Numbered from the stretch's first letter, positions 38,554 to 49,600 are shown. The stretch: 64,000 bases of DNA from Candidatus Cloacimonadales bacterium (GCA_963662585.1 OY759729.1:2112001-2176000); one strand, 5' to 3'. The notes: generated by a model from the sequence alone, not told the origin. Numbers and translations: made by a program.

Positions 38554-41004
38554 ATGTATAAAATAAAGATATTAATGCTAATATTGCTAATAGCCAACAT
38601 TAATATTACTGCTACAGTCTTAGAAGTTGGCTTAAGCCAAGATTTTACTTACAACACTATCCAATCTGCCGTAGATGCAGCAGTAGATTATGATACCGTT
38701 TTAGTTCACCCAGGAAGGTACCTTGAAAATGTTGAAATTTTAGAGAAAAGTCTTACTCTTGGGTCTTTATTTTTAACAACAGGTAACGAAGCTTATATAG
38801 ACTCAACTATTATTGATGGAAATAATCATTGGAGAGTTATATTTTTTAAGCACAATAGGTATTTACCTTCAGTTAAGTGGTTTAGAGTAAGTGGTTTATC
38901 AATAGTAAATGGTAATACTTTGACTAACCATAATAGCTTGCCAGAGGGGGTAAGTATACATGGAGGGGGTATTGCTATTAATGGTTACAGCTATCTAAAT
39001 CAGCAAGCTTCAATTATCGAATATTGCAAAATATATGATAATACTTCAAGCCAAGGTGGTGGAATAGCAATCTCTGAAGCCAATGTTGATATTGCAGGAT
39101 GTGAAATTTTGGATAACAATGGAGGACAATTTGGTGGTGGGATTTACAGTATGGGAATTGATTACCGATTAGAATTATCTGAAACATATCCTAATTCTGT
39201 TTATAATAACAGTGCTGGTAAGGGCAGAGATGTTTATATAGAACCTGTAAATAGTAATCCTTCATATCTAAACGGACTTTATTTTGATAAAATTTCAGTA
39301 GCTCCTGAAGGTGATTTCTCTCACTACTATTATGTTTCAGATGTGATAGAATGGGATGGAGAAGTTACTTACAATGAAACAGCTTATGAACGCATCGAAG
39401 CTGATCTATATGTTTCTCCCACGGGCAATGATAATAACACAGGTTTAAGTCCAGCTCAAGCACTAAAGACTATTTCTAAAGCAACATCACTATTAAAACC
39501 TCGTACTAATGGAGATTATAATATTGTCTATGTAGCTCCCGGACTATATTCTCCCGATACCACTGGAGAGATATTTCCTATCAGTATGGATAGAGGGATA
39601 AAACTTGTCGGTGCTGGTTCAGCTGATACAATCTTAGACGGAGAAAACCAGATTTGTAATTTCTTCTATTTTGAAGATAATTCAGATATTTCAGTCTCTG
39701 GTTTTAGCTGTAAGAACTTATATTCAAGAGCAGGCTGGGCTGGGATTGTAAGGGCAAACAATGTTGAGAGTTTAGAGATGAAAGATCTTAATGTTGAGAA
39801 TATTCATAGTGATGGTGCCTTTTCTATCTTTTATTCAAATCGTATATTGCTTGAAGATATTTCCTTAAAGAATTACAATTATAATGGATTATTGATTGCG
39901 GCATCTCAAGGAATTATGCATAATATCTGGGCAGATAGTCTTAATGTTACAATGGAAGTAGAGGGTCAAGGTTTTTCAATACCAATAATGTTCGATAGAG
40001 GAAGTTATAGAATATCAAATATAGCAGTAACTAATTCTGTTATTCCTGGAGGAAGAGCTTTTAGTTATGGAAGTGATGTTAGTGTAAGTGATGATTTTGT
40101 GACAGTTAATAATCTATTAGTAGCAAATTGTTCTTATACACCTCTAGATTGGAACTACACAACAGTGGGTTTTACTGGAGAACACTTACCCCAAATGAAA
40201 GTTAATAATATGACATTAGTGAATAATACAAATAACTGGCCAATATTAGGTATTAGAGGGGATGTTAAAATAAGGAATTCAATTTTTGATAATCCTAATA
40301 GCTCTTATGAAATTTATTTATTGGACCCAGCTGAAGTACCTACACCTGGGATATCAGCACTTGATATAGATTACTCTTTAGTAAGAGGTGGTATCGATGC
40401 ATTAGTAACTGATTATGATGAGGAATGGACTCTTAATTGGGGAGATAATATGCTTGATGAAGATCCTGGTTTTGTAGGAGGTGATGAAAGCTTATGGTCA
40501 TCTTATTTCTTAGCTGAAGACTCCCCTTGTATAGATGCAGGAATACCTGATACAACAGGTTTTTATATGACTGCTATGGATTTAAATGGTTGTGAAAGAG
40601 TCTATGGTTCAGCTGTGGACTTAGGTTGTTTCGAATATGGAAGTCCTGTAGCTAATAATGATAATCATGAAATAGAAGCTGTGCAAAATAATATCATGAT
40701 CTATCCTAATCCAGCTCAGCTTAATAATGGCTTAAAAGGAGTAACCACTATAGAATTTACTTTGCCGGGAGCTAAAGCTAAAGATATCAAGGTGGGAGTA
40801 TATAATATAAAAGGCCAGAAAGTAAGAGATTTACAGGTAGGTCAAAGTTTTTATAACAACTTAAAAGTAGATAACCCTACCTATAGTTTGCACTGGGACC
40901 TAAAGAATAATAGAGGAAAAAACGTTTCGAGCGGTATTTATTTTATTAAAGCTGATGATAGACAAGGGCATTCTGTTATTACTAAATGTTGTGTGATGAA
41001 GTAG
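38554..41004 (+). CDS. Beta-helix/DUF1565-like CTD protein (paralogue 4)
   Basis: Same architecture as paralogues 1-3. Confidence 0.8.
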   Translation: MYKIKILMLILLIANINITATVLEVGLSQDFTYNTIQSAVDAAVDYDTVLVHPGRYLENVEILEKSLTLGSLFLTTGNEAYIDSTIIDGNNHWRVIFFKHNRYLPSVKWFRVSGLSIVNGNTLTNHNSLPEGVSIHGGGIAINGYSYLNQQASIIEYCKIYDNTSSQGGGIAISEANVDIAGCEILDNNGGQFGGGIYSMGIDYRLELSETYPNSVYNNSAGKGRDVYIEPVNSNPSYLNGLYFDKISVAPEGDFSHYYYVSDVIEWDGEVTYNETAYERIEADLYVSPTGNDNNTGLSPAQALKTISKATSLLKPRTNGDYNIVYVAPGLYSPDTTGEIFPISMDRGIKLVGAGSADTILDGENQICNFFYFEDNSDISVSGFSCKNLYSRAGWAGIVRANNVESLEMKDLNVENIHSDGAFSIFYSNRILLEDISLKNYNYNGLLIAASQGIMHNIWADSLNVTMEVEGQGFSIPIMFDRGSYRISNIAVTNSVIPGGRAFSYGSDVSVSDDFVTVNNLLVANCSYTPLDWNYTTVGFTGEHLPQMKVNNMTLVNNTNNWPILGIRGDVKIRNSIFDNPNSSYEIYLLDPAEVPTPGISALDIDYSLVRGGIDALVTDYDEEWTLNWGDNMLDEDPGFVGGDESLWSSYFLAEDSPCIDAGIPDTTGFYMTAMDLNGCERVYGSAVDLGCFEYGSPVANNDNHEIEAVQNNIMIYPNPAQLNNGLKGVTTIEFTLPGAKAKDIKVGVYNIKGQKVRDLQVGQSFYNNLKVDNPTYSLHWDLKNNRGKNVSSGIYFIKADDRQGHSVITKCCVMK

Positions 41005-41011
41005 AGGATTT

Positions 41012-43462
41012 ATGTATAAAGCAAATATATTGATTATAACATTACTCGTCCTGTGTATAGGATTAAGTGCTACAGTCTTAGAAGTTGGCTTAAGCCAAGA
41101 TTTTACTTACAACACTATCCAATCTGCCGTAGATGCCGCAGTAGATTATGATACAGTTTTAGTTCACCCAGGAAGGTACCTTGAAAATGTTGAAGTTTTA
41201 GAGAAAAGTCTTACTCTTGGGTCTTTATTTTTAACAACAGGTAACGAAGCTTATATAGACTCAACTATTATTGATGGAAATAATCATTGGAGAGTTATAT
41301 TTTTTAAGCACAATAGGTATTTACCTTCAGTTAAGTGGTTTAGAGTAAGTGGTTTATCAATAGTAAATGGTAATACTTTGACTAACCATAATAGCTTGCC
41401 AGAGGGGGTAAGTATACATGGAGGGGGTATTGCTATTAATGGTTACAGCTATCTAAATCAGCAAGCTTCAATTATCGAATATTGCAAAATATATGATAAT
41501 ACTTCAAGCCAAGGTGGTGGAATAGCAATCTCTGAAGCCAATGTTGATATTGCAGGATGTGAAATTTTGGATAACAATGGAGGACAATTTGGTGGTGGGA
41601 TTTACAGTATGGGAATTGATTACCGATTAGAATTATCTGAAACATATCCTAATTCTGTTTATAATAACAGTGCTGGTAAGGGCAGAGATGTTTATATAGA
41701 ACCTGTAAATAGTAATCCTGCATATCTAAACGGACTTTATTTTGATAAAATTTCGGTAGCACCTGAAGGTGATTTCTCTCACTACTATTATGTTTCAGAT
41801 GTGATAGAATGGGATGGAGAAGTTACTTACAATGAAACAGCTTATGAACGCATCGAAGCTGATCTATATGTTTCTCCCACGGGCAATGATAATAACACAG
41901 GTTTAAGTCCAGCTCAAGCACTAAAGACTATTTCTAAAGCAACATCACTATTAAAACCTCGTACTAATGGAGATTATAATATTGTCTATGTAGCTCCCGG
42001 ATTATATTCTCCCGATACCACTGGAGAGATATTTCCTATAAGTATGGATAGAGGGATAAAACTTGTCGGTGCTGGTTCAGCTGATACAATCTTAGACGGA
42101 GAAAACCAGATTTGTAATTTCTTCTATTTTGAAGATAATTCAGATATTTCAGTCTCTGGTTTTAGCTGTAAGAACTTATATTCAAGAGCAGGCTGGGCTG
42201 GGATTGTAAGGGCAAACAATGTTGAGAGTTTAGAGATGAAAGATCTTAATGTTGAGAATATTCATAGTGATGGTGCCTTTTCTATCTTTTATTCAAATCG
42301 TATATTGCTTGAAGATATTTCCTTAAAGAATTACAATTATAATGGATTATTGATTGCGGCATCTCAAGGAATTATGCATAATATCTGGGCAGATAGTCTT
42401 AATGTTACAATGGAGGTAGAGGGTCAGCCGGTGTCTATGCCTTTTCTGCTTGATCAAGGTAGTTATAGAATATCAAATATAGCAGTAACTAATTCTGTTA
42501 TTCCAGGAGGAAGAGCTTTTCAGTATGGTAGTGATGCAAGCGTAAGTGATGATTTTGTGACAGTTAATAATCTATTAGTAGCAAATTGTTCTTATACTCC
42601 TCTAGATTGGAACTTAACAACGATAGGTTTTATAGGAGAACACTTACCCCAAATGAAAGTTAATAATATGACATTAGTGAATAATACAAATAACTGGCCA
42701 ATATTAGGTATTAGAGGGGATGTTAAAATAAGGAATTCAATTTTTGATAATCCTAATAGCCCTTGCGAAATCTATCTGATGGACCCAGCTGAAGTACCAA
42801 CACCTGGTATCTCAGCTCTTGATATAGATTACTCTTTAGTAAGAGGTGGTATCGATGCATTAGTAACTGATTATGATGAGGAATGGACTCTTACTTGGGG
42901 AGATAATATGCTTGATGAAGATCCTGGTTTTGCAGGTGGCGATGAAAGCTTGTGGTCCTCTTATTTCTTAGCTGAAGACTCCCCTTGTATAGATGCAGGA
43001 GTAGCTGATACAACAGGGTATTTTATGGTAGAAACAGATTTAAATGGTTGTGAAAGAGTCTATGGCTCAGCAGTAGATTTAGGTTGTTTTGAATATGGTT
43101 CTCCTGTAGCTAATAATGATAATCATGAAATAGAAGCAGTGCAAAATAATATCATGATCTATCCTAATCCTGCTCAGCTGAATAGTGGACTGAAAGGAGT
43201 AACCACTATAGAATTCACTTTGCAGGGATCTAAAGCTAAAGATATCAAGGTGGGAGTATATAATCTCAAAGGACAGAAAGTAAGAGATTTACAGGTAGGT
43301 CAAAGTTTTTATAACAACTTAAAAGTAGATAACCCTACCTATAGTTTGCACTGGGATTTGAAAAATAATAGAGGCAAGAATGTTTCCAGTGGTATTTATT
43401 TTATTAAAGCTGATGATAGACAAGGGCATTCTGTTATAACTAAATGTTGTGTGATGAAGTAG
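41012..43462 (+). CDS. Beta-helix/DUF1565-like CTD protein (paralogue 5)
   Basis: Near-identical to paralogue 4 over most of its length, with a different signal peptide. Confidence 0.8.
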   Translation: MYKANILIITLLVLCIGLSATVLEVGLSQDFTYNTIQSAVDAAVDYDTVLVHPGRYLENVEVLEKSLTLGSLFLTTGNEAYIDSTIIDGNNHWRVIFFKHNRYLPSVKWFRVSGLSIVNGNTLTNHNSLPEGVSIHGGGIAINGYSYLNQQASIIEYCKIYDNTSSQGGGIAISEANVDIAGCEILDNNGGQFGGGIYSMGIDYRLELSETYPNSVYNNSAGKGRDVYIEPVNSNPAYLNGLYFDKISVAPEGDFSHYYYVSDVIEWDGEVTYNETAYERIEADLYVSPTGNDNNTGLSPAQALKTISKATSLLKPRTNGDYNIVYVAPGLYSPDTTGEIFPISMDRGIKLVGAGSADTILDGENQICNFFYFEDNSDISVSGFSCKNLYSRAGWAGIVRANNVESLEMKDLNVENIHSDGAFSIFYSNRILLEDISLKNYNYNGLLIAASQGIMHNIWADSLNVTMEVEGQPVSMPFLLDQGSYRISNIAVTNSVIPGGRAFQYGSDASVSDDFVTVNNLLVANCSYTPLDWNLTTIGFIGEHLPQMKVNNMTLVNNTNNWPILGIRGDVKIRNSIFDNPNSPCEIYLMDPAEVPTPGISALDIDYSLVRGGIDALVTDYDEEWTLTWGDNMLDEDPGFAGGDESLWSSYFLAEDSPCIDAGVADTTGYFMVETDLNGCERVYGSAVDLGCFEYGSPVANNDNHEIEAVQNNIMIYPNPAQLNSGLKGVTTIEFTLQGSKAKDIKVGVYNLKGQKVRDLQVGQSFYNNLKVDNPTYSLHWDLKNNRGKNVSSGIYFIKADDRQGHSVITKCCVMK

Positions 43463-43479
43463 GCTATTCACTAAACTTG

Positions 43480-43616
43480 GAATGCTAGCAGGGATGCTGG
43501 TGCTCCCAGTAGCTCCCAGAAAAGTAAGTAAAAAAAGGGCAGAAGATTAATCTTCTACCCTATAATTTATTTAAGAATGCCAGCAAGGATGCTGGCGCTC
43601 CCAGTGGCACTCCCAG
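43480..43616. repeat. Two CTGGGA-type REP-like palindromes flanking a terminator-like hairpin
   Basis: GAATGCTAGCAGGGATGCTGGTGCTCCCAG and GAATGCCAGCAAGGATGCTGGCGCTCCCAG, with hairpin AGGGCAGAAGAT-ta-ATCTTCTACCCT at ~43536-43561. Confidence 0.65.
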
Positions 43617-43799
43617 TATTATTTATGGCTCTTGTTCAAGTCTGGTAGAAATTATTAAGGATTTCCTTGCACCTTATTATTGCATTACAGTAAGTTAGGT
43701 CTTATAGTGGACAAGAAATAGAAGTTTTTATGCTAAATAAGACTTAATCCTGACTTGGGAGGGTGTAGTTTTAGCGAAGACTCAAAGGATGAGTCTTAT

Positions 43800-44054
43800 A
43801 TCCCCAATGGGGATTAATAGTTTAGCCCAGGGTAAAATCCTGAAGGGATTGCAACCCTGGGTTATGATGTACATAAAAAGTGTAACCCTGTAAGGGTTTA
43901 ATAACAACGAATATACCAAGGTTTTATTATATAAAACAGTTACTCTTCTATTAAACCCTTACAGGGTTATGAACATAATTTTGGATATTGTACCTGGGGT
44001 GACGATCCCTATAGGATCTTACCCCAGGCTAATCTATTAATCCCTTTCAGGGAT
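43800..44054. repeat. ~255-bp composite palindrome (REPIN/MITE-like)
   Basis: Outer ~63-bp imperfect inverted arms, and an inner perfect 21-bp inverted repeat TAACCCTGTAAGGGTTTAATA (43883-43903 / 43949-43969). Confidence 0.75.
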
Positions 44055-44131
44055 GTTTTAACCTTTACATTATTAACTAAACTGTTTCGTTATAAATTTA
44101 TCTTTCCACCAGACTTGAACTTGATCCTTAT

Positions 44132-45733
44132 TTATTTCCCAGCCATCATAGCTTCGATATCAGCTTTTACATCTCCTGTTGGTTTAATGTCAAAGTTTTC
44201 AACTAAAACTTTAGCAACATTAGGTGATAAGAAAGCAGGGAGTGTAGGTCCTAAGCGAATACCTTTCACGCCGAGAGCTAATAAGCCAAGTAGGACGGCT
44301 ACAGCTTTTTGCTCATACCAAGCGATGTCAAAGGAGATTGGTAAATCATTGATATCATTAAGTTCGAATACTTCTTTAAGTTTAAGAGCTATAACAGCTA
44401 ATGAATAGGAATCGTTGCATTGTCCAGCATCGAGAACGCGGGGGATTCCACTAATATCACCAAGCTGGAGTTTGTTATAACGATATTTAGCGCAACCAGC
44501 AGTTAAGATAATAGTACCTTCTGGTAATTCGTTAGCTACATCAGTGAAGTAGTTTCTAGTATCATGTCTGCCGTCGCAACCAGCCATTACTACAAATCTT
44601 TTGATTGCACCTGATTTGACTGCAGCAACAACTTTATCAGCAAGTGCTATAACTTGATTATGAGCGAATCCACCTACGATAGAACCAGTTTCTATTTCAG
44701 TAGGGGCTGGGCAAGTTTTAGCTAACTCTATTATTTTAGAGAAATCTTTTTTGCCATCTACAGGTTCGATATGTGGAACATTAGGATAACCAGCCATTCC
44801 AGTAGTGAAGATTCTTTTGGCATATTCTTCTTTTACAGGGACGATACAGTTGGTAGTCATTAAGATAGGACCATTAAAAGTGATAAATTCTTTATCTTGT
44901 TTCCACCAAGCATTACCATAGTTTCCTACAAAATGTTTGTATTTTTTGAAAGCTGGATAGTAGTTAGCAGGAAGCATTTCAGAGTGGGTATAGGCATCCA
45001 CGCCTGTACCTTCAGTTTGTTGAAGAAGTTGTTCCATATCTCTTAAATCATGACCAGAAATAAGGATACCAGGGTTTTTACCAACACCAATATTTACTTC
45101 TGTGATTTCAGGATTACCATAGGTAGAAGTATTTGCTTCATCAAGTAAAGCCATAGTGGTAACAGCCATATTACCAGCTTTAAGAACTAAGCCAACCATT
45201 TCATCTACAGAAAGATCTTTAGTAGTGGAAGCCAATCCTTCCATTAAGAATTGGTAAATATCATCATTTTCTTTTCCGAGAACTGCAGCATGTTCTGCAT
45301 AGGCTGAGATACCTTTTAAACCATAAACAAGAAGTTCTCTTAATGAGCGTACATCTTCATTTTCAGTGGAAAGAACACCATGTTTTTCTCCGACTTTCAC
45401 AAAGTCTTCTTGAGTCTTACCAGTCCAAGTTATAGCTTCACAATCACACTTATAGTTTAAAGCATCTCTTCTTTGGAGGGCTTCTTTAATTAAGGCGACA
45501 ATTCTTTCATCATCGAAGTTTGCATTTGTAATAGTTGCGAAGAGACTTTTAGCTATAAATAAGCCATTATCTCTATCATATTTGCCATCTGAAGCTAGGG
45601 CTATGCCTTTCAAAGCATAGACTAAAGCATCTTGTAAACAAGCTGTTTTTGCTGGCTTACCACATACACCCTTGTTAAATCTACATCCGATATTCTGCAT
45701 AGTTTCTTGACATTGAAAACAATACATACTCAT
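44132..45733 (-). CDS. hcp: Hybrid cluster protein (hydroxylamine/NO reductase)
   Basis: [57 protein letters not shown] and WYEQKAV motifs. Confidence 0.96.
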   Translation of the reverse strand: MSMYCFQCQETMQNIGCRFNKGVCGKPAKTACLQDALVYALKGIALASDGKYDRDNGLFIAKSLFATITNANFDDERIVALIKEALQRRDALNYKCDCEAITWTGKTQEDFVKVGEKHGVLSTENEDVRSLRELLVYGLKGISAYAEHAAVLGKENDDIYQFLMEGLASTTKDLSVDEMVGLVLKAGNMAVTTMALLDEANTSTYGNPEITEVNIGVGKNPGILISGHDLRDMEQLLQQTEGTGVDAYTHSEMLPANYYPAFKKYKHFVGNYGNAWWKQDKEFITFNGPILMTTNCIVPVKEEYAKRIFTTGMAGYPNVPHIEPVDGKKDFSKIIELAKTCPAPTEIETGSIVGGFAHNQVIALADKVVAAVKSGAIKRFVVMAGCDGRHDTRNYFTDVANELPEGTIILTAGCAKYRYNKLQLGDISGIPRVLDAGQCNDSYSLAVIALKLKEVFELNDINDLPISFDIAWYEQKAVAVLLGLLALGVKGIRLGPTLPAFLSPNVAKVLVENFDIKPTGDVKADIEAMMAGK

Positions 45734-45843
45734 TTTTCTTTCTCCTATTGTTTTTTTTGTTAAAAGTTTTATTCTTTGTATTTAATAAGTTCTTGAAGTA
45801 CATTTACTTATCTTTGATATTATAATCTGTTTTTAGTAACTTA

Positions 45844-46083
45844 CTAATAATTAATTCCGGCTGCTTTGACATTTTCTGCATCAAAGGCATGGCAAGGAGT
45901 TACTCCATAAACCATATTACATTTAGGACATGAACTTTCAAAAGTTTCCATTTCAAAGGAAGTACCACACTCACATTTTATTTCTAAAGGCATGGGCATA
46001 GACTGTTCTGAAAAGCCCATTTGTCTTACTTTATCTACAACATCTTGTCCGTTTTTAAAGCTTCCGCTACAACCATCGTGCAT
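45844..46083 (-). CDS. Small Cys/His-rich putative metal-binding protein
   Basis: GGAG RBS; MHDGC, CxC...CxxC...TPCH. Lies directly upstream of hcp. Confidence 0.75.
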   Translation of the reverse strand: MHDGCSGSFKNGQDVVDKVRQMGFSEQSMPMPLEIKCECGTSFEMETFESSCPKCNMVYGVTPCHAFDAENVKAAGINY

Positions 46084-46320
46084 AATTTGGCTCCTTACTG
46101 TTTATTCATCATTTTTTTTTCTCTGTTATATGTCGCCCTTGTAGGGCTTAATTCAAATTTTGTACCTGTAGCAGTGTCTTGCGAGCACTTTAAGAGTGTG
46201 ATAATCCCTCTTCTGCCGGATTGCATGCACCCTTGCATGCGAAAAACCTTATAAAAATCTAATGTTATCTTATTATTGTCTAATGTGGAAGCAGAGACGC
46301 TTCCACTCCATAGAAGAAAA

Positions 46321-46476
46321 CACCCCCTGTGTCCCCCTCGCGGAGGGGGATTAAGAAACACCCCGTCATCTTCGATGCCATCCCTTCGGGATTTAAGAGG
46401 TATTGAAGCACCCCCTGTGTCCCCCTCATGGAGGGGGATTAAGAAACACCCCGTCATCTTCGATGCCACCCCTCTT
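46321..46476. repeat. 88-bp-period tandem of CCCCCT...CCCCCTC-GAGGGGG REP-like elements
   Basis: CACCCCCTGTGTCCCCCTCnnGGAGGGGGATTAAGAAACACCCCGTCATCTTCGATGCCA at 46321 and 46409. A related element lies at ~9555-9586. Confidence 0.8.
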
Positions 46477-46647
46477 TTAGCGTGCCTTCAGCACTAAAGC
46501 GGGGACTTTAGAGGTCATCAGCTCGGATGTTATATCTTGTTAAAGATCTAATCTTCATCAGTGACTATCATTTTAATCTGTGTCATCTGTGTTCTATTAT
46601 TTTATTTATCTTAATTAGTGAAATTCATGAAATTAGTGGATAGATTC

Positions 46648-47658
46648 TCAATTTAAAAGCTTTTCTCCGCTTCTCAACTTGGTTCTATAAGAGAGAATCT
46701 TCTTATCAAGCTCTTCCAAAGTAGTAAGAATCTGACGCTCTTCCTTAGTAGTCTTTATTACTTTAGAGATTCCACCATTTTTGATAACTATTCTCTTATC
46801 TGCCATTAGGGCTAAAATTGGGTCATGCGTAGCCATAAGAACTATTTTATTTTCAGAGAGAAGAAGGTTCAAGGCTCTCTTACGATCGATACCGGCATTT
46901 TCAATCTCATCAATAAGGATAATTGGGGATTTGCTTAATATGGCTGTATCAGCTATCATAAGAGCACGAGATTGACCGCCAGAAAGACTTGTAATTGGGG
47001 TTTGAGGAGAGAACTTCTCACCTGCTAAATCATTAGCTTTTTTGATAATATTTGTTATTACTTGATCGCGGTTCTCAACTAATCTGCTCTCAGCGTGAAG
47101 TTCTACAAATTGATAGACAGTCAAATCCATTACGAAATTCATATTTTGGGAGAGTTGTGCTACAAGCTTATCAGAAGTAGAGAATCTCCACTTAAAATCA
47201 GGTTTGGCCTTGTTAATTAAAATTGTTCTATTAGTTGGTGTGTCAGCTTGAGCTACCCATTCAATGTCTCCGAGTAATCTACTTTTCCCAGAACCTGTAG
47301 GTCCTACAATACTGATGATTTCACCTTTTTTAATCACTAAATCAGTAAATCCCTCAGCATTGCCACTTTTATCATTGCCAGGTAGGATAGTAACAGAATC
47401 TACAAGCTCGTTTGTCTTGCCAAGAAAAGCCATCATTTGTTGAATATATTCTACAATTTGCTGATAGAAGAGTTCTGGGTCAATAGCCATATCTTCTCTA
47501 TATTCTTCACCTAAAGAATTAAAATAGTCAGATAGACTATTAGCTTCCTTTCCTTGATACTTAATATTGTTAGTAGCTAGGAAAGAGTCTAAGAAAGGGT
47601 ATTCTTGTAATAAATCTTCAATCACTAAATTTGGTATTGTTTTGATATTAACTAGCAT
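46648..47658 (-). CDS. ABC-type ATPase with N-terminal extra domain
   Basis: Walker A GPTGSGKS, signature LSGGQ, Walker B ILIDE, H-loop ATHD. Confidence 0.85.
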   Translation of the reverse strand: MLVNIKTIPNLVIEDLLQEYPFLDSFLATNNIKYQGKEANSLSDYFNSLGEEYREDMAIDPELFYQQIVEYIQQMMAFLGKTNELVDSVTILPGNDKSGNAEGFTDLVIKKGEIISIVGPTGSGKSRLLGDIEWVAQADTPTNRTILINKAKPDFKWRFSTSDKLVAQLSQNMNFVMDLTVYQFVELHAESRLVENRDQVITNIIKKANDLAGEKFSPQTPITSLSGGQSRALMIADTAILSKSPIILIDEIENAGIDRKRALNLLLSENKIVLMATHDPILALMADKRIVIKNGGISKVIKTTKEERQILTTLEELDKKILSYRTKLRSGEKLLN

Positions 47659-47661
47659 AGC

Positions 47662-48354
47662 TTAATCCTCTAAGTTTATCTTGCGCACATTACCCATTTG
47701 ATAGCTTTCGCCAATTCTGGTTTCACCTAAACAGTAGGAACAGAGGGCAGAAGGCATAGGGAAGCGTAGTTCTTTCCCTTTCAATGTATCTATGTTATCT
47801 TTAGCTTCATATATCAGGGTTGATAGTTCATAGCTTCCCTGACCTGTAAGGCCATTTATATTCATAATCGTAGCTTTAGGATTGACACTATTCACTCGGG
47901 AGGCAAAGACTTCTCTCTCTGCTTGAGAAACAATATCACCTTTAGTAATCACAATAATATCAGCAGATTTCAGCATTGGTCCAATCTTCTTAGGAGTATT
48001 GATACCACTTAGATTATCTATAACACAAATGGCTTTTATTCCTTTGATATAAGGAGAACAACGATTACAGAGTCCTGCAGATTCACTAATCAAGACATCC
48101 ACACCGGTTTTCAATCCCCACTGAGTTATCTCTTCCACATTACTAACAAAATAGTGGTCTGGACATAAGGCTCCTGATAAACCTTTCTTAACAGGAATTC
48201 CAGCATTCTTGTAGAGAATATCATCATCAGTATAAAGGCAATCGAACTTGGCAACTGCGACTTTTAAGTTTCTCTTCTTTAAAGATTCAATGGTTTTTAA
48301 GATTACCGAAGTTTTTCCTGAAGAGGGAGGTCCCGATACAGTTATAAGATTCAT
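47662..48354 (-). CDS. G3E-family (HypB/UreG/CobW-like) GTPase
   Basis: GPPSSGKT, LCPDH, ESAGLCNRC, TKGD and C-terminal CSYC motifs. Confidence 0.85.
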   Translation of the reverse strand: MNLITVSGPPSSGKTSVILKTIESLKKRNLKVAVAKFDCLYTDDDILYKNAGIPVKKGLSGALCPDHYFVSNVEEITQWGLKTGVDVLISESAGLCNRCSPYIKGIKAICVIDNLSGINTPKKIGPMLKSADIIVITKGDIVSQAEREVFASRVNSVNPKATIMNINGLTGQGSYELSTLIYEAKDNIDTLKGKELRFPMPSALCSYCLGETRIGESYQMGNVRKINLED

Positions 48355-49589
48355 TATATCTCCTTAATTGAGCTTTGAAAGAGTTTTTCACAATGTTTAA
48401 TTGTTGCTGAGATATCGTGAGAATAGATATAATCCCAACCTAACCACATGAATTTATTTTTAGCATCGATTCTGTTATCTACATTAGGATGCACACTTGG
48501 GAAGAGTCCACTATGAGCTAACACTTCTCCAACTTGCTGAGAAGCTAAGAAATCAACAACTGGTTGAAGTTGACTCTTACTATTACCCTTGGTTAGCATG
48601 AAAATAGGACTGATAATAGCTCCATCTTGAGGCCAAACAGCTTTCATACTACCACCCTCTTTAACCATTTTAGTGAAGAAGTAAGGCATAATAGTAACGA
48701 TAGGCTTGTTATTGCTTTTCTTATCACTCTTCACCATCTGAGAAGGATGAAGTGATTCTAATAAAGAACGACCTAATTTAACAACACCCTCATCACCATA
48801 TTTCTTAAAGATATTTAGCAGAATTCCATTAAAAAGATCAAAATCACCTACAGGAAGAGAGACTTTATTCTCAAATTCAGGCTTCATAATATCACTCCAA
48901 GAAGTAGGTAAGACTCTATCACCTAATTCTTTGGTATTAATTAAGAAGACTGCAGGAACTACCCCAAGCAGGGAAAAGTGCTCTTTAGGGTCTTTAAGGT
49001 TAATTTCTGTGAAGATTTCATTATAGACTTTAATAGGAGAGAAGTCAGCAAAAACACCTTGGTCTTTGAACTTTCCAAACATCTCAAGATCAAAGAACAT
49101 ATCAAATCCTGCAGAGATGAAAACATCAGGAAGATTCATTGGGTCTGTTACTTCTTTTACATGTTCTTCAATCCACTCAACACCCATAGAGGCAGCTTTT
49201 AATTCTGATTCTATTGATAATCCAAATTCGGACTTAAATTCTTTGGTGAAGCTATTGAATTTCTCCATAAGAGGAATTCTAACCGGACAAGGTAAAGCTC
49301 CTACAACTTTGATAGCCTTTTCATCTCCACTCAACTTATTACTACTTAGAGATATATCAACATTATTATCATCTCTCTCAATAGCCTCTACTAGCAGTCT
49401 ATTAAATGTATCATAATCTATCTGTTTTAAAGTTAAAGCAGTTTTTAGATTAATAGTTTTAGCAAAGACCTCTCTTTTGGCTTTATCATTCATCTGAGGA
49501 AAACCGTTCGAGGTAAATACAGACTCAGTTTCTGGGTATCTCTCAACTATGGATAAAAGCGAATCATCAGCATTGAAGTATGACATCAT
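48354..49589 (-). CDS. Substrate-binding-protein-like fold with N-terminal DUF1858-like domain; no signal peptide
   Basis: N-terminus SLLSIVERYPETESVFTSNGF; LPCPVR; SBP-like LPTSWSDIMKPEF and WPQDGAIISP. Confidence 0.7.
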   Translation of the reverse strand: MMSYFNADDSLLSIVERYPETESVFTSNGFPQMNDKAKREVFAKTINLKTALTLKQIDYDTFNRLLVEAIERDDNNVDISLSSNKLSGDEKAIKVVGALPCPVRIPLMEKFNSFTKEFKSEFGLSIESELKAASMGVEWIEEHVKEVTDPMNLPDVFISAGFDMFFDLEMFGKFKDQGVFADFSPIKVYNEIFTEINLKDPKEHFSLLGVVPAVFLINTKELGDRVLPTSWSDIMKPEFENKVSLPVGDFDLFNGILLNIFKKYGDEGVVKLGRSLLESLHPSQMVKSDKKSNNKPIVTIMPYFFTKMVKEGGSMKAVWPQDGAIISPIFMLTKGNSKSQLQPVVDFLASQQVGEVLAHSGLFPSVHPNVDNRIDAKNKFMWLGWDYIYSHDISATIKHCEKLFQSSIKEI

Positions 49590-49600
49590 TCTTCCTTATT

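Noticed and set aside
24655..43462. DGR-type adenine mutagenesis among the paralogues
   Set aside because: Differences involve all bases, are often synonymous and come in blocks; no RT gene or template repeat is seen.
46021..46497. ORFs 46021-46254, 46095-46469 and 46276-46497
   Set aside because: Translations of REP tandem repeats (repeated FLxPxxxG segments); probably non-coding.
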